From the NCBI GenBank assembly GCA_000165345.1, contig CM000436.1, positions 960,001 through 1,024,000 of the forward strand: 64,000 nt of DNA. The letters are read 5' to 3'. The notes beneath the pieces were generated by a model, which was given only the letters and a program-made list of their open reading frames with translations, ran no database searches and had not been told where the DNA came from. The position numbers were made by a program, and so were the translations under genes. Of the stretch, positions 1-9,942 are shown piece after piece; the stretch's first letter is position 1; each line of letters begins with the position of its first letter.

Positions 1-139
1 AAATAGATAATATAAACTAATATTAATTTGGCAATTGAAAAACAAATTTGGAATATCAAACTTGAAAACAAACTTCAATACAAAAATATTGAATCTTTTG
101 ATTCGTATTGAAATTCAGTAACACAAAAAAATCAATTTT

Positions 140-988
140 TTAACTTACCTCAATTTGAGTATTTTTCTTCCATTCATCACAAACATCTATACACCACTCA
201 AAAGTGTTATCTAGTACTGGATTATATTTATCCCAAAACTTCAGCTCAGCTTTAATTCTTTTATTAGAAGATTTGGAATTGAGTCGTGAATAAATTCCAA
301 ACTTTGCTGAATCGTTCAAAATAGTTGAAGAAAGTCTTTTATTCTTACGATTAAGATGCATTTGTAATTCTTGATTCATTAATGTTAGATCAAGTATTTC
401 TCTTCTAATTTCATCCAACTTAGTTTTAGAGTCTTCGTTTAATGACGAAATTAATCCAGTTGGAGGAAGCTGATTGCATAACTTTAAAGCATTTTGAATG
501 AAGATACGTATTGCAAGTATATCGGACCATATTTTACGCTGATTTTTCACATTTTCACCTCTTTCTTTATCATATATCATTTTATCCATGATTTTAGTAT
601 TATCCACAATAGAAAAATTAGCTTCCAACTCTTTATATTTATCGACCTTTCTAGAAATAGAATCAGATAGTTGAATATTATTCTTAAAATCGGAGTATTC
701 TTCATTAATATTGTCAAATCCAGTAATATCATTAATGCTATAATCATATGCAGCCTCCTCAAATTTAGAGTTTTCATCTCTAGTAGAAATTTCTCTGTCT
801 CTCATTTCTTTAAAATCAGATAGAGATATCTTCTCTCCAGCATATTTTTTAGGCAAATTAAAATTTGCTCTGAATCTCAATCTACCGTCATTTTTACTGA
901 ATTCACTTATATCTGGGGTTTCTTCTTGGTCTATTTCTGAGCCGCTTTGGTTCTTTCTATCATAAAATTCATCATCATAAAAATCCAT
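140..988 (-). CDS. hypothetical protein, 282 aa, K/E/D/N-rich with no recognisable domain
   Basis: Uninterrupted ORF with a true ATG (complement of 986-988). It shares a roughly 500-bp divergent upstream region with the Dcc1-like gene, and that region carries GGCGCC sites. Confidence 0.45.
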   Translation of the reverse strand: MDFYDDEFYDRKNQSGSEIDQEETPDISEFSKNDGRLRFRANFNLPKKYAGEKISLSDFKEMRDREISTRDENSKFEEAAYDYSINDITGFDNINEEYSDFKNNIQLSDSISRKVDKYKELEANFSIVDNTKIMDKMIYDKERGENVKNQRKIWSDILAIRIFIQNALKLCNQLPPTGLISSLNEDSKTKLDEIRREILDLTLMNQELQMHLNRKNKRLSSTILNDSAKFGIYSRLNSKSSNKRIKAELKFWDKYNPVLDNTFEWCIDVCDEWKKNTQIEVS

Positions 989-1369
989 TTTGTTTTAGAA
1001 CCTGAATCACTAAAAGATATTTTAAGACTGCTTATTACCTGTGTATAAACTTTCAGTAGATGTCCAAATTTTATTATTACTACCTTACAAGTTATTTTAT
1101 ACTATACGTCTGAATTTACTTTTCGACAGTAATTATTGACTTTTTTTTAAGCGGACAATTTGAAAAATTTTAGATAAAAATTTGTTACCCTGTAGGCGCC
1201 AACTATCTGTTAATTCAATTTAAAGAAAAACATGAAAAAGCAATTGTGAAAATTAAGGCTACATGGTTATTATGCAGCAGAAACAACATATCATAAATTT
1301 CTTTTTAACGGCTATAAAAACATTTACTTTTTTAAATCAAACTTGCATTTTCATATTAAAAAAAAGTTA

Positions 1370-1386
1370 TTGGCGCTAAATGTGGG
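1370..1386. promoter_or_regulatory. E2F-like site TTGGCGCTAAATGTGGG upstream of the Dcc1-like gene (a second site, GGCGCCAA, lies at 1195-1202)
   Basis: Direct reading. The site is 100-300 bp upstream of the ATG at 1489. Confidence 0.5.
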
Positions 1387-1488
1387 AAAGTAATATTTAA
1401 ATATTTGGTGTGAGGTTAAAATATAATGAACAGGTGTTTATGTTGTTTTATCTAAGCAGAGTGAATCAAACTTATAATATATCCTGAA

Positions 1489-2934
1489 ATGGAGGTAGAT
1501 TTCCATACTCTATACTCAAAAGCAGCTAGTAGTTGGTCTCTTTTACAATTGGATCCAAATTGCGAGGAAAGCCTTAGAAATGGGAAACAGTTATGGTTAA
1601 AGGGCCTGAAAAACAATAGAGAGAACTGTAATGTTCCAACAGTTATTTGTACAGAAAACGAGACCTTTTATCTTAGACGTGAGAAAAGTAGTAATGTAAC
1701 GTATTTAGCTATCGAATCTGAAAATGGAGAATTAATTGAGATGCAAAACGATGAGAACTCTCCTAACAATGAAAGCTACAATGCAAATAAACTTTCAGTA
1801 GTTGGAAATTTGAACAGCATTGTAGTTATGATTAAAATTCCTGCTATTATGAATCTTTTCGAGGATTACATAGCTAGTCATAGAAATTTAACTAATAATT
1901 CACACTCCGAAATGACTTTTAAAAAGCTATTTAGCATATCTCAGATAAGTTTGATGGAGCTATATAATTTCTTATTTGATTACAGCAGCATGATGTACTG
2001 TGATATAGAAGGAAACTGGTATTCAATTAACAACGAAATTTTGTTATTTTTGTTGAGCTCGCTTTTACAAAAAGGGATGTCAATGAATAAATCTTTCAGG
2101 TATATGACTGTTAAAGATGTAAAATACTTGCTAAGAGAATCTTTTTCAGAGTTAGAATCTCTAGGGGAATCTTTGGAAAATAGCATTAATTACAACGTTT
2201 TAAAGCATGCATTGAGTTTTGACTTAACGTTAATCCAATTGATCAAACATATCATCGTTCCTGCAGATAACAATTTAGGAAATTTGGTTTTCGATGAATT
2301 TGTCGAGGAAAACATTAAAAATCTTCTATCTTCTCCTCGGATACAGGATCATGTGTCTCTAAGAAACATTGATAGCATGAGAGTTGACTTTTCATATAAG
2401 AGAATACAGGGAATTCTTGCTACATCTATTTTAAAAAAACATCAAGTTCTGAAAGCAAGAGATTATATTGAGGAATTTCAAAACATTCTTTCAAACTATA
2501 TTCCTTTAGAACTAAGTGAACTAGAATTCGAATATAATGACACAAACGCAATATCAGATTTAGATGGCGAAAAAAATATCAAGGTAGAAACTGACTTTTA
2601 CTATGGGTTCCCTTTAATCGAAAACCATCCAGATAACACGGGGATCAGGTTCGATATAATTGCGGGTCAGGCATATTACAATCATGAGGATGATGCAATT
2701 ATTTATTTGCCCAGTTCGTCCCTTCCAATTGACCCACGTAATAGGCTCTCAATTTTGTTTCGCAAAAAGAAGCATTGGCATATTTCGGAGCTTAATGCTT
2801 ACATTTCTCCAGTTCTACAGCCGAGCATTAAACTTGAAGCGTTCTGCCTTAAAAATTGCTATGTTTGTGAACAAAATATTTTTAATAAAAATTATAGACT
2901 TTTTTACAATAAAAATCTTCCTCTCATGCATTAG
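1489..2934 (+). CDS. DCC1: sister chromatid cohesion protein Dcc1-like (Ctf18-RFC subunit), 481 aa
   Basis: ATG at 1489. The C-terminal block NRLSILFRKKKHWHISELNAYI aligns with Dcc1 ERFNSLFSLREKWTEEDIAPYI. The N-terminal LLQLDPN...VICTE block also resembles Dcc1. The match is from memory of the family, not from a search. Confidence 0.5.
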   Translation: MEVDFHTLYSKAASSWSLLQLDPNCEESLRNGKQLWLKGLKNNRENCNVPTVICTENETFYLRREKSSNVTYLAIESENGELIEMQNDENSPNNESYNANKLSVVGNLNSIVVMIKIPAIMNLFEDYIASHRNLTNNSHSEMTFKKLFSISQISLMELYNFLFDYSSMMYCDIEGNWYSINNEILLFLLSSLLQKGMSMNKSFRYMTVKDVKYLLRESFSELESLGESLENSINYNVLKHALSFDLTLIQLIKHIIVPADNNLGNLVFDEFVEENIKNLLSSPRIQDHVSLRNIDSMRVDFSYKRIQGILATSILKKHQVLKARDYIEEFQNILSNYIPLELSELEFEYNDTNAISDLDGEKNIKVETDFYYGFPLIENHPDNTGIRFDIIAGQAYYNHEDDAIIYLPSSSLPIDPRNRLSILFRKKKHWHISELNAYISPVLQPSIKLEAFCLKNCYVCEQNIFNKNYRLFYNKNLPLMH

Positions 2935-3291
2935 ACATGACGTGAAGGCATGGGCGCTTCCACGATACCAGTTGACATGTGTTAAAAAGGGTTTAGGGAA
3001 TATATATAATAGAGTATTACAGCTTTCATTAATTTATAAAGAAATTTGTCATCTGAGTTTATCAAATTAGAATATAGAGAAAGTTGGATTCGAAACTTTT
3101 TATGTTCCGATCATTTTTGATGCTTGGATAAAAAGATATAAATATTGATAACTCAAAGCCAGACTTTTTTCTTCATTTTCCAACAAGTTATTCCTCACAG
3201 AATAGTTTTCATTATTGCTTTTTTATTAATATATTTAGCACAATATTACTTATTTCTACGGCTTTTGAAAGTAAAAGGAAATATCATAAAT

Positions 3292-3806
3292 ATGAAATTG
3301 ATATTATTATTAATACTGTTTTTGGTACAAATTTCTTATATTAAGGTTGGATATGGTTTGAATGTTGAAAACTCAATACATATTCAAGAAAGTTCTATCA
3401 ACTTAAAAACCTCTACCAAAGATTCATTAAAGTCTAAGGAGTCCCCGGTAACAAACTTAAATATACCTTTGGATGGAAATTCAACAGATACTAACATATT
3501 GAATGCATTGGCATCGGTTCTGCCACTTAAATCAACTTCTAACTCACCTGATGATGCAAAAGATAAGGAGGCATCGGATCTATCTTATTTTGAACCCAAA
3601 GTACTTTATACGACAATCCCTGTGATCGTCATATGTATGGTTGGTATTGCAGTGTTAGCAGAACTATTTGGAGATGGTTTCGAATCAGGAAAGTAAGTTT
3701 TAATTATTTTACACTTAATTTTTCAAATTTTAATTTTTTCTGTTTTAGGAGAAGACTATCAATGATACCAGAGTCTGTTAAAAGAAGAGGGAGAGCATCA
3801 ATATAG
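3292..3806 (+). CDS. small type-I membrane or secreted protein, predicted 2 exons (3292..3692, 3749..3806), about 152 aa
   Basis: ATG at 3292 opens a signal-peptide-like MKLILLLILFLVQISYIKVG. A C-terminal transmembrane segment IPVIVICMVGIAVLAELFG follows. GTAAGT at 3693-3698 overlaps the ORF stop. The acceptor TGTTTTAG ends at 3748. Splicing adds an in-frame 18-aa basic tail RRLSMIPESVKRRGRASI. Confidence 0.4.
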
Positions 3807-3890
3807 AATGTAGATAAAAAGTTCTACCTGTACTTTTTATTTTTCCTAAATAGTAATATAATAAATTTCTAGAATAAGATATTTTTTAAT

Positions 3891-4511
3891 CTATTGCGTG
3901 ATGAATTCTCTTAGACATTTTTTCAAATTTATATAATTTTCTTTGCCTTCTAAGATATCTCCGTATGGTGAGCATTGGAAGTAACTTAGGCATGCTTGGA
4001 TATTTCGTGTATGATAACTTTTAAGCTTCTCTATTAGGTTGAATATTTTATTTTGAACTTTTATGTCAGATTCAATGCAATCTTTCCATTCACAAAGAAA
4101 GTCTAATACAATATCGACGGAAATCCCAGAGCTTGAACCTCCAATAATGCTCGAATAAATCATTTCATTATATGTTTCAGTAAAACTTGAAAGATGAGTA
4201 TAAATTTCATCAATCCCACTTTGTATTTGACTAATTTCTTGCATTTTTTCTATTGCAAGATTTTTTGAATGATTTAATTGGTCCTGAATAGCCTCTGCAC
4301 TTCCAGAAATATAGCTTTGATTCAAGCTAAACATATTTAAACATAGGCATGACTTTTGATTTAAATATGCAGATTCTATTTTTAGTGCAGAGTATTTTTG
4401 TACTGACTTTTGGAGTTCCAACCTATATTTCGACCATACTTCGATAAGTCTCAAGAGATCAATTAAAGGGTTGTACAAAAGCCTCCTAATCTCACGACTA
4501 ATTAGGCCCAT
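3891..4511 (-). CDS. hypothetical protein, 206 aa
   Basis: ORF with a true ATG (complement of 4509-4511). No recognisable motif. Confidence 0.4.
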   Translation of the reverse strand: MGLISREIRRLLYNPLIDLLRLIEVWSKYRLELQKSVQKYSALKIESAYLNQKSCLCLNMFSLNQSYISGSAEAIQDQLNHSKNLAIEKMQEISQIQSGIDEIYTHLSSFTETYNEMIYSSIIGGSSSGISVDIVLDFLCEWKDCIESDIKVQNKIFNLIEKLKSYHTRNIQACLSYFQCSPYGDILEGKENYINLKKCLREFITQ

Positions 4512-4599
4512 TGAAGTTTATTAATCCCGAGAATAATGCTTCATCTTTTATTTTATTTGAAAAGGTAAGCTGCAAAAAGCAGGAATTTTGAAAAAATAA

Positions 4600-4617
4600 T
4601 TGGCGCCGAAACTGGGG
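4600..4617. promoter_or_regulatory. E2F-like site TTGGCGCCGAAACTGGGG upstream of UBC6
   Basis: Direct reading. Confidence 0.5.
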
Positions 4618-4752
4618 ATAAATTAGTAATTATGTATGGACCATATTTAATTATAAATACTAATATTTTATATTATTGCAAGTAAGAGAACAGTTAAAGG
4701 GATTCGAAGGTACAATTGGATTAAAGAAAGCGATTTTTCTTTGGATCCTAAG

Positions 4753-5763
4753 ATGCATCAAACAGGAGCAAGGGGAGTAGGTAGTTCTGGAATTACATCT
4801 GTTCAATGCTTGAGTAGGATTCTGCGAGAATATAGAGAAATACAGAAAGAGCCTAGCTCTTACTGGTGTGCGTTTCCAATAAATATGGATGAGCCGTATG
4901 AGTGGCATTTTACTATTAAGGGACCGGCAGGAACCGAGTTTGAAGGAGGAATGTATCATGGGAGAATCATATTGCCTCACTCGTATCCATTTTCGCCTCC
5001 ATCTTTAATGATGCTAACGGGAAATGGTCGCTTTGAAGTTGGGAAAAAAGTATGTCTTAGTGCTAGCAATTACCACCCTGAACTTTGGCAACCTGCTTGG
5101 GGGATCAGAACAATGTTAGATGCTTTGCACGCCTTCTTTCCAACGCCAGGAGAAGGAGCAATACATTCTTTAGATTGGAGTCCTGAGATTAGGAAGAAGT
5201 TGGCTAAAGATAGCGTTAATTGGCATTGTAACACTTGTCAGGAAACGAATTTGGAAGCTCTTTCTCGTCTATCTCCCGAAGATCAAGATACTGCTTCTAA
5301 AGAATCTTTAACTCATAGTGAAAATCCATTAATCCAACACATTAATAACTGTATAAATGAATCAAAAGCTGTTGAAAAGGATAAAAAAAAGAATAAAGAA
5401 ACTGAAAAAATCTCAGATAAAGATGATGAATACGACAACACTGAGAATAGCCAGAAATCAGATATATATGAATCAAGTAGTTTGGATATTACAAATAAAG
5501 ATGAATCCTCCAGCTTAAGTAATGAGGGCCAGCCAAGTTCAAGGTCCTTTTCACCAACTCAACACTTAGGGACTGTTGTAATCCCTCCAAATAGACTTCC
5601 TCCGAAGATTTCCCAGCAGAGCATTGCTTGGAGCTTTTTACTTGTAAAAAAGCCTTCAAATATTCTCGAAGGAGTGGCAACTTTAATCGATTTATTCATT
5701 GGTATTTTACTTATCACAATATTTATACTTTTTGTCAGATTATTTTCTACGTTTATCTTATAG
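4753..5763 (+). CDS. UBC6: ubiquitin-conjugating enzyme E2, UBE2J/Ubc6 type, tail-anchored
   Basis: The first ATG is at 4753 (the track start at 4741 is TTG). The motif GRFEVGKKVCLSASNYHPELWQPAWGIRTMLDALHAFF matches the non-canonical UBC fold of UBE2J around the active-site Cys. A C-terminal transmembrane segment LIDLFIGILLITIFILFVRLF is present. An E2F-like site lies about 150 bp upstream. Confidence 0.8.
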   Translation: MHQTGARGVGSSGITSVQCLSRILREYREIQKEPSSYWCAFPINMDEPYEWHFTIKGPAGTEFEGGMYHGRIILPHSYPFSPPSLMMLTGNGRFEVGKKVCLSASNYHPELWQPAWGIRTMLDALHAFFPTPGEGAIHSLDWSPEIRKKLAKDSVNWHCNTCQETNLEALSRLSPEDQDTASKESLTHSENPLIQHINNCINESKAVEKDKKKNKETEKISDKDDEYDNTENSQKSDIYESSSLDITNKDESSSLSNEGQPSSRSFSPTQHLGTVVIPPNRLPPKISQQSIAWSFLLVKKPSNILEGVATLIDLFIGILLITIFILFVRLFSTFIL

Positions 5764-6005
5764 AATAAACTACATATTATATGTACGGATAGGTTCCTAT
5801 TTATTCTAATTTGTTTTATTGCTCTTTTTAAACAAAGGTATTTTATTTTCACCTTATAGATTTACATACTTTTAGTATATTTTGGATTATTGAAATACTT
5901 GGGAATTTATTGAATAGAGATCGTCAAAATTAAAGCATGAATCAAATATCTTTGTAAAGTTAAACTGCCCTACTTTTATTAATACAGTTAAAGCTATAGT
6001 AACTG

Positions 6006-6024
6006 TTGGCGCCAAAATGTGAGG
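6006..6024. promoter_or_regulatory. E2F-like site TTGGCGCCAAAATGTGAGG
   Basis: Direct reading. The site is 50 bp upstream of the ATG at 6071. Confidence 0.5.
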
Positions 6025-6070
6025 CAAAATCTTGAAAAATAATTGAGATAATATAAATATATAGTTGAAC

Positions 6071-8161
6071 ATGTTAGAGGAAGACTATGATAAGGTTGTG
6101 CAGCTTTTTTTGGAGTGGTTTGGAATGACATATCTGGAGAATGAGGAGTTTAAAAGGTCTAACAAGGATTTAGAGATACTACAGCAAATGGTTATTCCAG
6201 CAATAAATAAGATATTCAAGAAAGTAATAGCAACTTATAGCGAACTTATAGAATTATGTACGAGTTCAGAAAAAAGTAAGAAAATTTCTCAAAAGAGAGA
6301 AGAAATGGAAAGGATCTATAGACAAAATTTCAGACTTTTAGTATTTACGACAAGGCTTTTTTTACTTTTTATTCAAGAAATGTGCGGTGGAATTGTTGAA
6401 GAAAATGAATATGGAAGAGAGCAATCGATTAAGAGCTTCCCAATAAAGGTTATTCATGAACTTTTGGGTTCTCCTGGAACAAAAGAATGTATTATATTTT
6501 TATTTGACTTGGCTTTGTTGCAAAATAATAAGCTGCTATCCGATCAATTGTTTGACTACTTGGTGGAATTCCCAAATAGTATTCAAAAAGATTGTTACTT
6601 GGTAAGAAAAAGACTGATTGAATCTACGAATCGTTCATTTAATCACCAATTATTATCAATAACTAATAATTTTGAATGTTCTAGTTACTTTACAGGATTA
6701 TCAGATAAGGAGGAATCTATTGTAGTCGTGCTTTTCAAAATTAGGAACTTGATGAGAAACCTCTGGAAGATTGATAAAAGTTACTTAGACTTAATGGTTT
6801 GGTGGCAAAAAAACTATATGGAATTTTTTAGCTCTATCAGAAACATTCAACTCTCCGAACTTTATGATCAATTGGAAAATACCAGAATTGAAGACCTCCC
6901 GATTTCAACATTTTTTGAATCTAATGAGCATTGGGAGCTATCAACTCTTTGTGGAGTGACAGGTTATGTTCTGTATATAACTTATCAGTCTATTATTGAT
7001 GGGAATGAGCAGGTTGAGGAAACAGTAACTTCATTTCACTTTGAGAATCAAGGCTACTCTGTTTCTGAGCTAGTCAAAGAAGCAATCAAATTCTCAATTA
7101 TATCTATTCTGCTTGATCCTGCAAACTACAAACCTGCTTGGATTCTTAGCCTGCTACATCTATCTCCAACTGAGCACTTCTCTCTTACATATTCTTTAAA
7201 GTTTACCAGATTAACAATCAATTTGAATCCCTCTTTCAATGATTCCTGGGTGTTATACTCACTGCTCTGGACTAGCAGTATACAACATGATGCCTGCAAT
7301 TTAATAACTTCAATTGATAATTCTGAATTATCTAGCTCTGAAGGAGTAGAAAATGAAGATTTCTTTTATGATACCTTAAGAAAACTATCTCCTATTTCAA
7401 TTACCAGTAAAATTATTTCACTTGCATCAAATAACAGTCATCTTAAGATTCCACTCAAATTTATATATATTGGTTACAACATTTCCCAGATACTAAGTGA
7501 CAGAGAAAGCAATGATGACTTATGTTATGGAGTAATTTCTGATATATTGGAGTTAAATAGGTGGCTAACTCAACAACAAAAGGATTTAAGGGAAAAAGAA
7601 GTTGAGTTTGAAAGAACACCTAGTATATCTAGTGTTAGTATTTCTCCAACAAATAAGAGCAAGAAAAATAAAGAAGTCAAAGCTTTTTATTCAGATCAGC
7701 TAGGAAGGCCTATTCCAGAATTGGAATCAAATTCTTCACCTTTAATCACTCATCCACTTTTATTTAGGCTTCAGTTACTGATTTGGAGTTTGAAACTAAA
7801 ACAATTCCTTAACCATGATGGGTTATATATATGTAGTGAGCATATAATTAATCAGCTCAACGACGCCTTCCTACTCGAAAAAAAAACATTTGAGAAAGAT
7901 ATAGATATACTAGACGAACTACATATAGATACACATGTTAGGTCTTATATAAAAATGCTAATGAACAAGTTTTCTCTCATACTAAATAATTACAAATTAC
8001 AAGAAGTTAACCCCTTAGAGACTTCAATCCATTACAATGGAATATTACAAAGTGATCATTTAAAGAATCAATTATTTTCTCAAGTAAAATCCAAGCCCTT
8101 GTTCGAAATTGATATTATTGACTGGAGAATGTTATTTTCCCCTATTCACAGCTTATATTGA
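6071..8161 (+). CDS. hypothetical protein, about 696 aa
   Basis: Long ORF. The first ATG is at 6071 (the track start is TTG). The site TTGGCGCCAAAATGTGAGG lies 50 bp upstream. Confidence 0.5.
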   Translation: MLEEDYDKVVQLFLEWFGMTYLENEEFKRSNKDLEILQQMVIPAINKIFKKVIATYSELIELCTSSEKSKKISQKREEMERIYRQNFRLLVFTTRLFLLFIQEMCGGIVEENEYGREQSIKSFPIKVIHELLGSPGTKECIIFLFDLALLQNNKLLSDQLFDYLVEFPNSIQKDCYLVRKRLIESTNRSFNHQLLSITNNFECSSYFTGLSDKEESIVVVLFKIRNLMRNLWKIDKSYLDLMVWWQKNYMEFFSSIRNIQLSELYDQLENTRIEDLPISTFFESNEHWELSTLCGVTGYVLYITYQSIIDGNEQVEETVTSFHFENQGYSVSELVKEAIKFSIISILLDPANYKPAWILSLLHLSPTEHFSLTYSLKFTRLTINLNPSFNDSWVLYSLLWTSSIQHDACNLITSIDNSELSSSEGVENEDFFYDTLRKLSPISITSKIISLASNNSHLKIPLKFIYIGYNISQILSDRESNDDLCYGVISDILELNRWLTQQQKDLREKEVEFERTPSISSVSISPTNKSKKNKEVKAFYSDQLGRPIPELESNSSPLITHPLLFRLQLLIWSLKLKQFLNHDGLYICSEHIINQLNDAFLLEKKTFEKDIDILDELHIDTHVRSYIKMLMNKFSLILNNYKLQEVNPLETSIHYNGILQSDHLKNQLFSQVKSKPLFEIDIIDWRMLFSPIHSLY

Positions 8162-8312
8162 AAAAAAGCTGTGGCTTCTAGCTGAAGCTATTATGGCGTT
8201 TTTATTAATATTAGAATTTATAAAATTAAATTTAGTAAACTTAAAACCATTTTTAAAAAAATCAACTTAAATATTGAGACAAAGCTTGAAATCAAAATTT
8301 ATTCAAAAAAGC

Positions 8313-9761
8313 TCATTCATCAATTGAAAAAAGTTCTGATCCCAAAATATTGGATGGATTGCCATGAGAATCAAAGATACACTCATTAACACTAGTGAAG
8401 TTGTTGCTCCAACCTTTATGCAGGCCAGATCTCAACATATGGAGAATACCTGTAAGATTATTTCCGTCAAATGCATTTTTGGGAAATTGTTTATATTCTT
8501 CAATAGTTGGAGAGATATAATATCTCAAGTTAATTTTTGGATACTTACATAAAACATTCTTTAATAGCTTCAATCCTCTAACTTGAGAGTGAAGAATGGA
8601 AAAACTTCTTGACAACAACTTTGTAAAAGTAATTTCTTGGCTTTCAGTGTTAGACTCTTCGTCACTAACTTTTGGTCCTGTATCTGGGAAAGTTTCAATT
8701 GCATCAATAACTACATCTTCTTGTCTTTTTGCAAGACCTAATTTGAAACAAGCTTGAATTGAATGTTCGATATTCATATTCATAACAACCCCACCATCCA
8801 TATAGTGGGATCCATTTATTAAAACAGGTGAAAATGCACCGGGTACAGATGTAGAGGCAAGCGTAGCATTAATTAAATCAGGTAGTTTTGTAGAGCTAGA
8901 ATTCCATGAAATATACTCACCATCTTCATATCTCACAGCTGATACCAACACTTCTCTTCTTTTAATTTTCAATGTACGATTATTAGCCATTTCTCGTTTC
9001 ATTTTTACATAAGTTTTGTTTTTATAAGGTTCAATTTGGTGACCAAAAGTGTCATTTAAATAGAAAAATAAGGGAGTATGATCGCAAATCGAATTTCTAA
9101 GTTTCTTTTTTGAACCAAAAAGGCCTCCTATATAGTGAGTAGCAAATTTAAGGATATTTTTCCAAATAGGAAGCGTACAATCAGAAAGATAGTCCTGTCT
9201 AATATTAGACCAAAGATTCCACAAATTTTTCACATAAGAAAATTCTTCACCAGGCTCATGGAATAATCCAGCAAGAGCTAAGATTCCTCCAATTGATACA
9301 CCCCCTATTACATCCCATCTAATAGTATTGTTGTATTTGGTGATATGCTGGCCCAATAAACCTCTTAAAACTCCTGTTTGCCAGGCTCCTCTGTTTGCTC
9401 CTCCAGAAAGCAAAAGAACATAACATTTATCTTCCTTGGATTTATAGTAAAACTCTGGAATGTTTTTTATTTGACAAATCATTTCAGAAGGAGTATTTAG
9501 ATAACTGCTTAAATTTGAATCAATAATATTTGGAGAGTAACCTTCTTTATCACTCTGAGAAGTTAATAACTTAAAGATCATGCTGTTGTTATTTTTAACG
9601 GCAATTTCCTCGAAGAGGTATTGAGCCTTTTCAATTTCTTGAGTAAAGTTACTAAAGAGTTCGCGTCTTTCATCTTCTTTTCGATTCCTAAATGTGAACG
9701 CTTCAGCTGCAACAAACTGATAAATAAAAAAAATATAAAGTATTAGATATACAGCTTTCAT
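8313..9761 (-). CDS. secreted patatin-like phospholipase (PNPLA domain), paralogue 1
   Basis: The first ATG is the complement of 9759-9761 (the track start is TTG) and opens signal peptide MKAVYLILYIFFIYQFVAAEA. The oxyanion motif SGGANRG, the nucleophile motif GVSIGG (GxSxG) and the catalytic DGG (HYMDGGVV) are all present. Confidence 0.75.
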   Translation of the reverse strand: MKAVYLILYIFFIYQFVAAEAFTFRNRKEDERRELFSNFTQEIEKAQYLFEEIAVKNNNSMIFKLLTSQSDKEGYSPNIIDSNLSSYLNTPSEMICQIKNIPEFYYKSKEDKCYVLLLSGGANRGAWQTGVLRGLLGQHITKYNNTIRWDVIGGVSIGGILALAGLFHEPGEEFSYVKNLWNLWSNIRQDYLSDCTLPIWKNILKFATHYIGGLFGSKKKLRNSICDHTPLFFYLNDTFGHQIEPYKNKTYVKMKREMANNRTLKIKRREVLVSAVRYEDGEYISWNSSSTKLPDLINATLASTSVPGAFSPVLINGSHYMDGGVVMNMNIEHSIQACFKLGLAKRQEDVVIDAIETFPDTGPKVSDEESNTESQEITFTKLLSRSFSILHSQVRGLKLLKNVLCKYPKINLRYYISPTIEEYKQFPKNAFDGNNLTGILHMLRSGLHKGWSNNFTSVNECIFDSHGNPSNILGSELFSIDE

Positions 9762-9854
9762 GTCTTGAATGGCTTGATAGAATCCAATCCTATCAAACTT
9801 GCTACTACAGTCCGTCAAATTCTTGGTTCGAAAAAAAATAACCTTCCAAGCTAA

Positions 9855-9862
9855 GGCGCGAA
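9855..9862. promoter_or_regulatory. GGCGCGAA in the shared 180-bp divergent promoter of the patatin pair
   Basis: Direct reading. Confidence 0.35.
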
Positions 9863-9942
9863 TCTAATAATGTATAATTATAGGTACCTGAACAAAAATT
9901 AAGAAATACGGGGATTAAAGAGCTTCTTTATGAAATCAAATT

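Noticed and set aside
577-777. Short ORFs nested on the same or opposite strand within larger genes, and small ORFs in intergenic DNA. Nested examples: 577-777, 1980-2186, 2660-3070, 4660-4980, 12277-12579, 20442-20780, 33133-33504 minus-strand poly-F/L, 48471-48770, 60482-60802. Intergenic examples: 5887-6072, 51993-52178.
   Set aside because: They are nested within well-supported genes or sit in AT-rich intergenic DNA. They are low-complexity, lack motifs, and are the expected by-product of AT-rich or repeat sequence.
3081-3095. GGATTCGAAAC resembling a tRNA T-loop, and a general search for tRNA, snRNA and rRNA in the larger intergenic gaps (15821-16664, 43923-44910, 52641-53797)
   Set aside because: No acceptor-stem or anticodon-arm complementarity around it. 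No U2 or U6 box sequences found by eye. No structural RNA can be supported.
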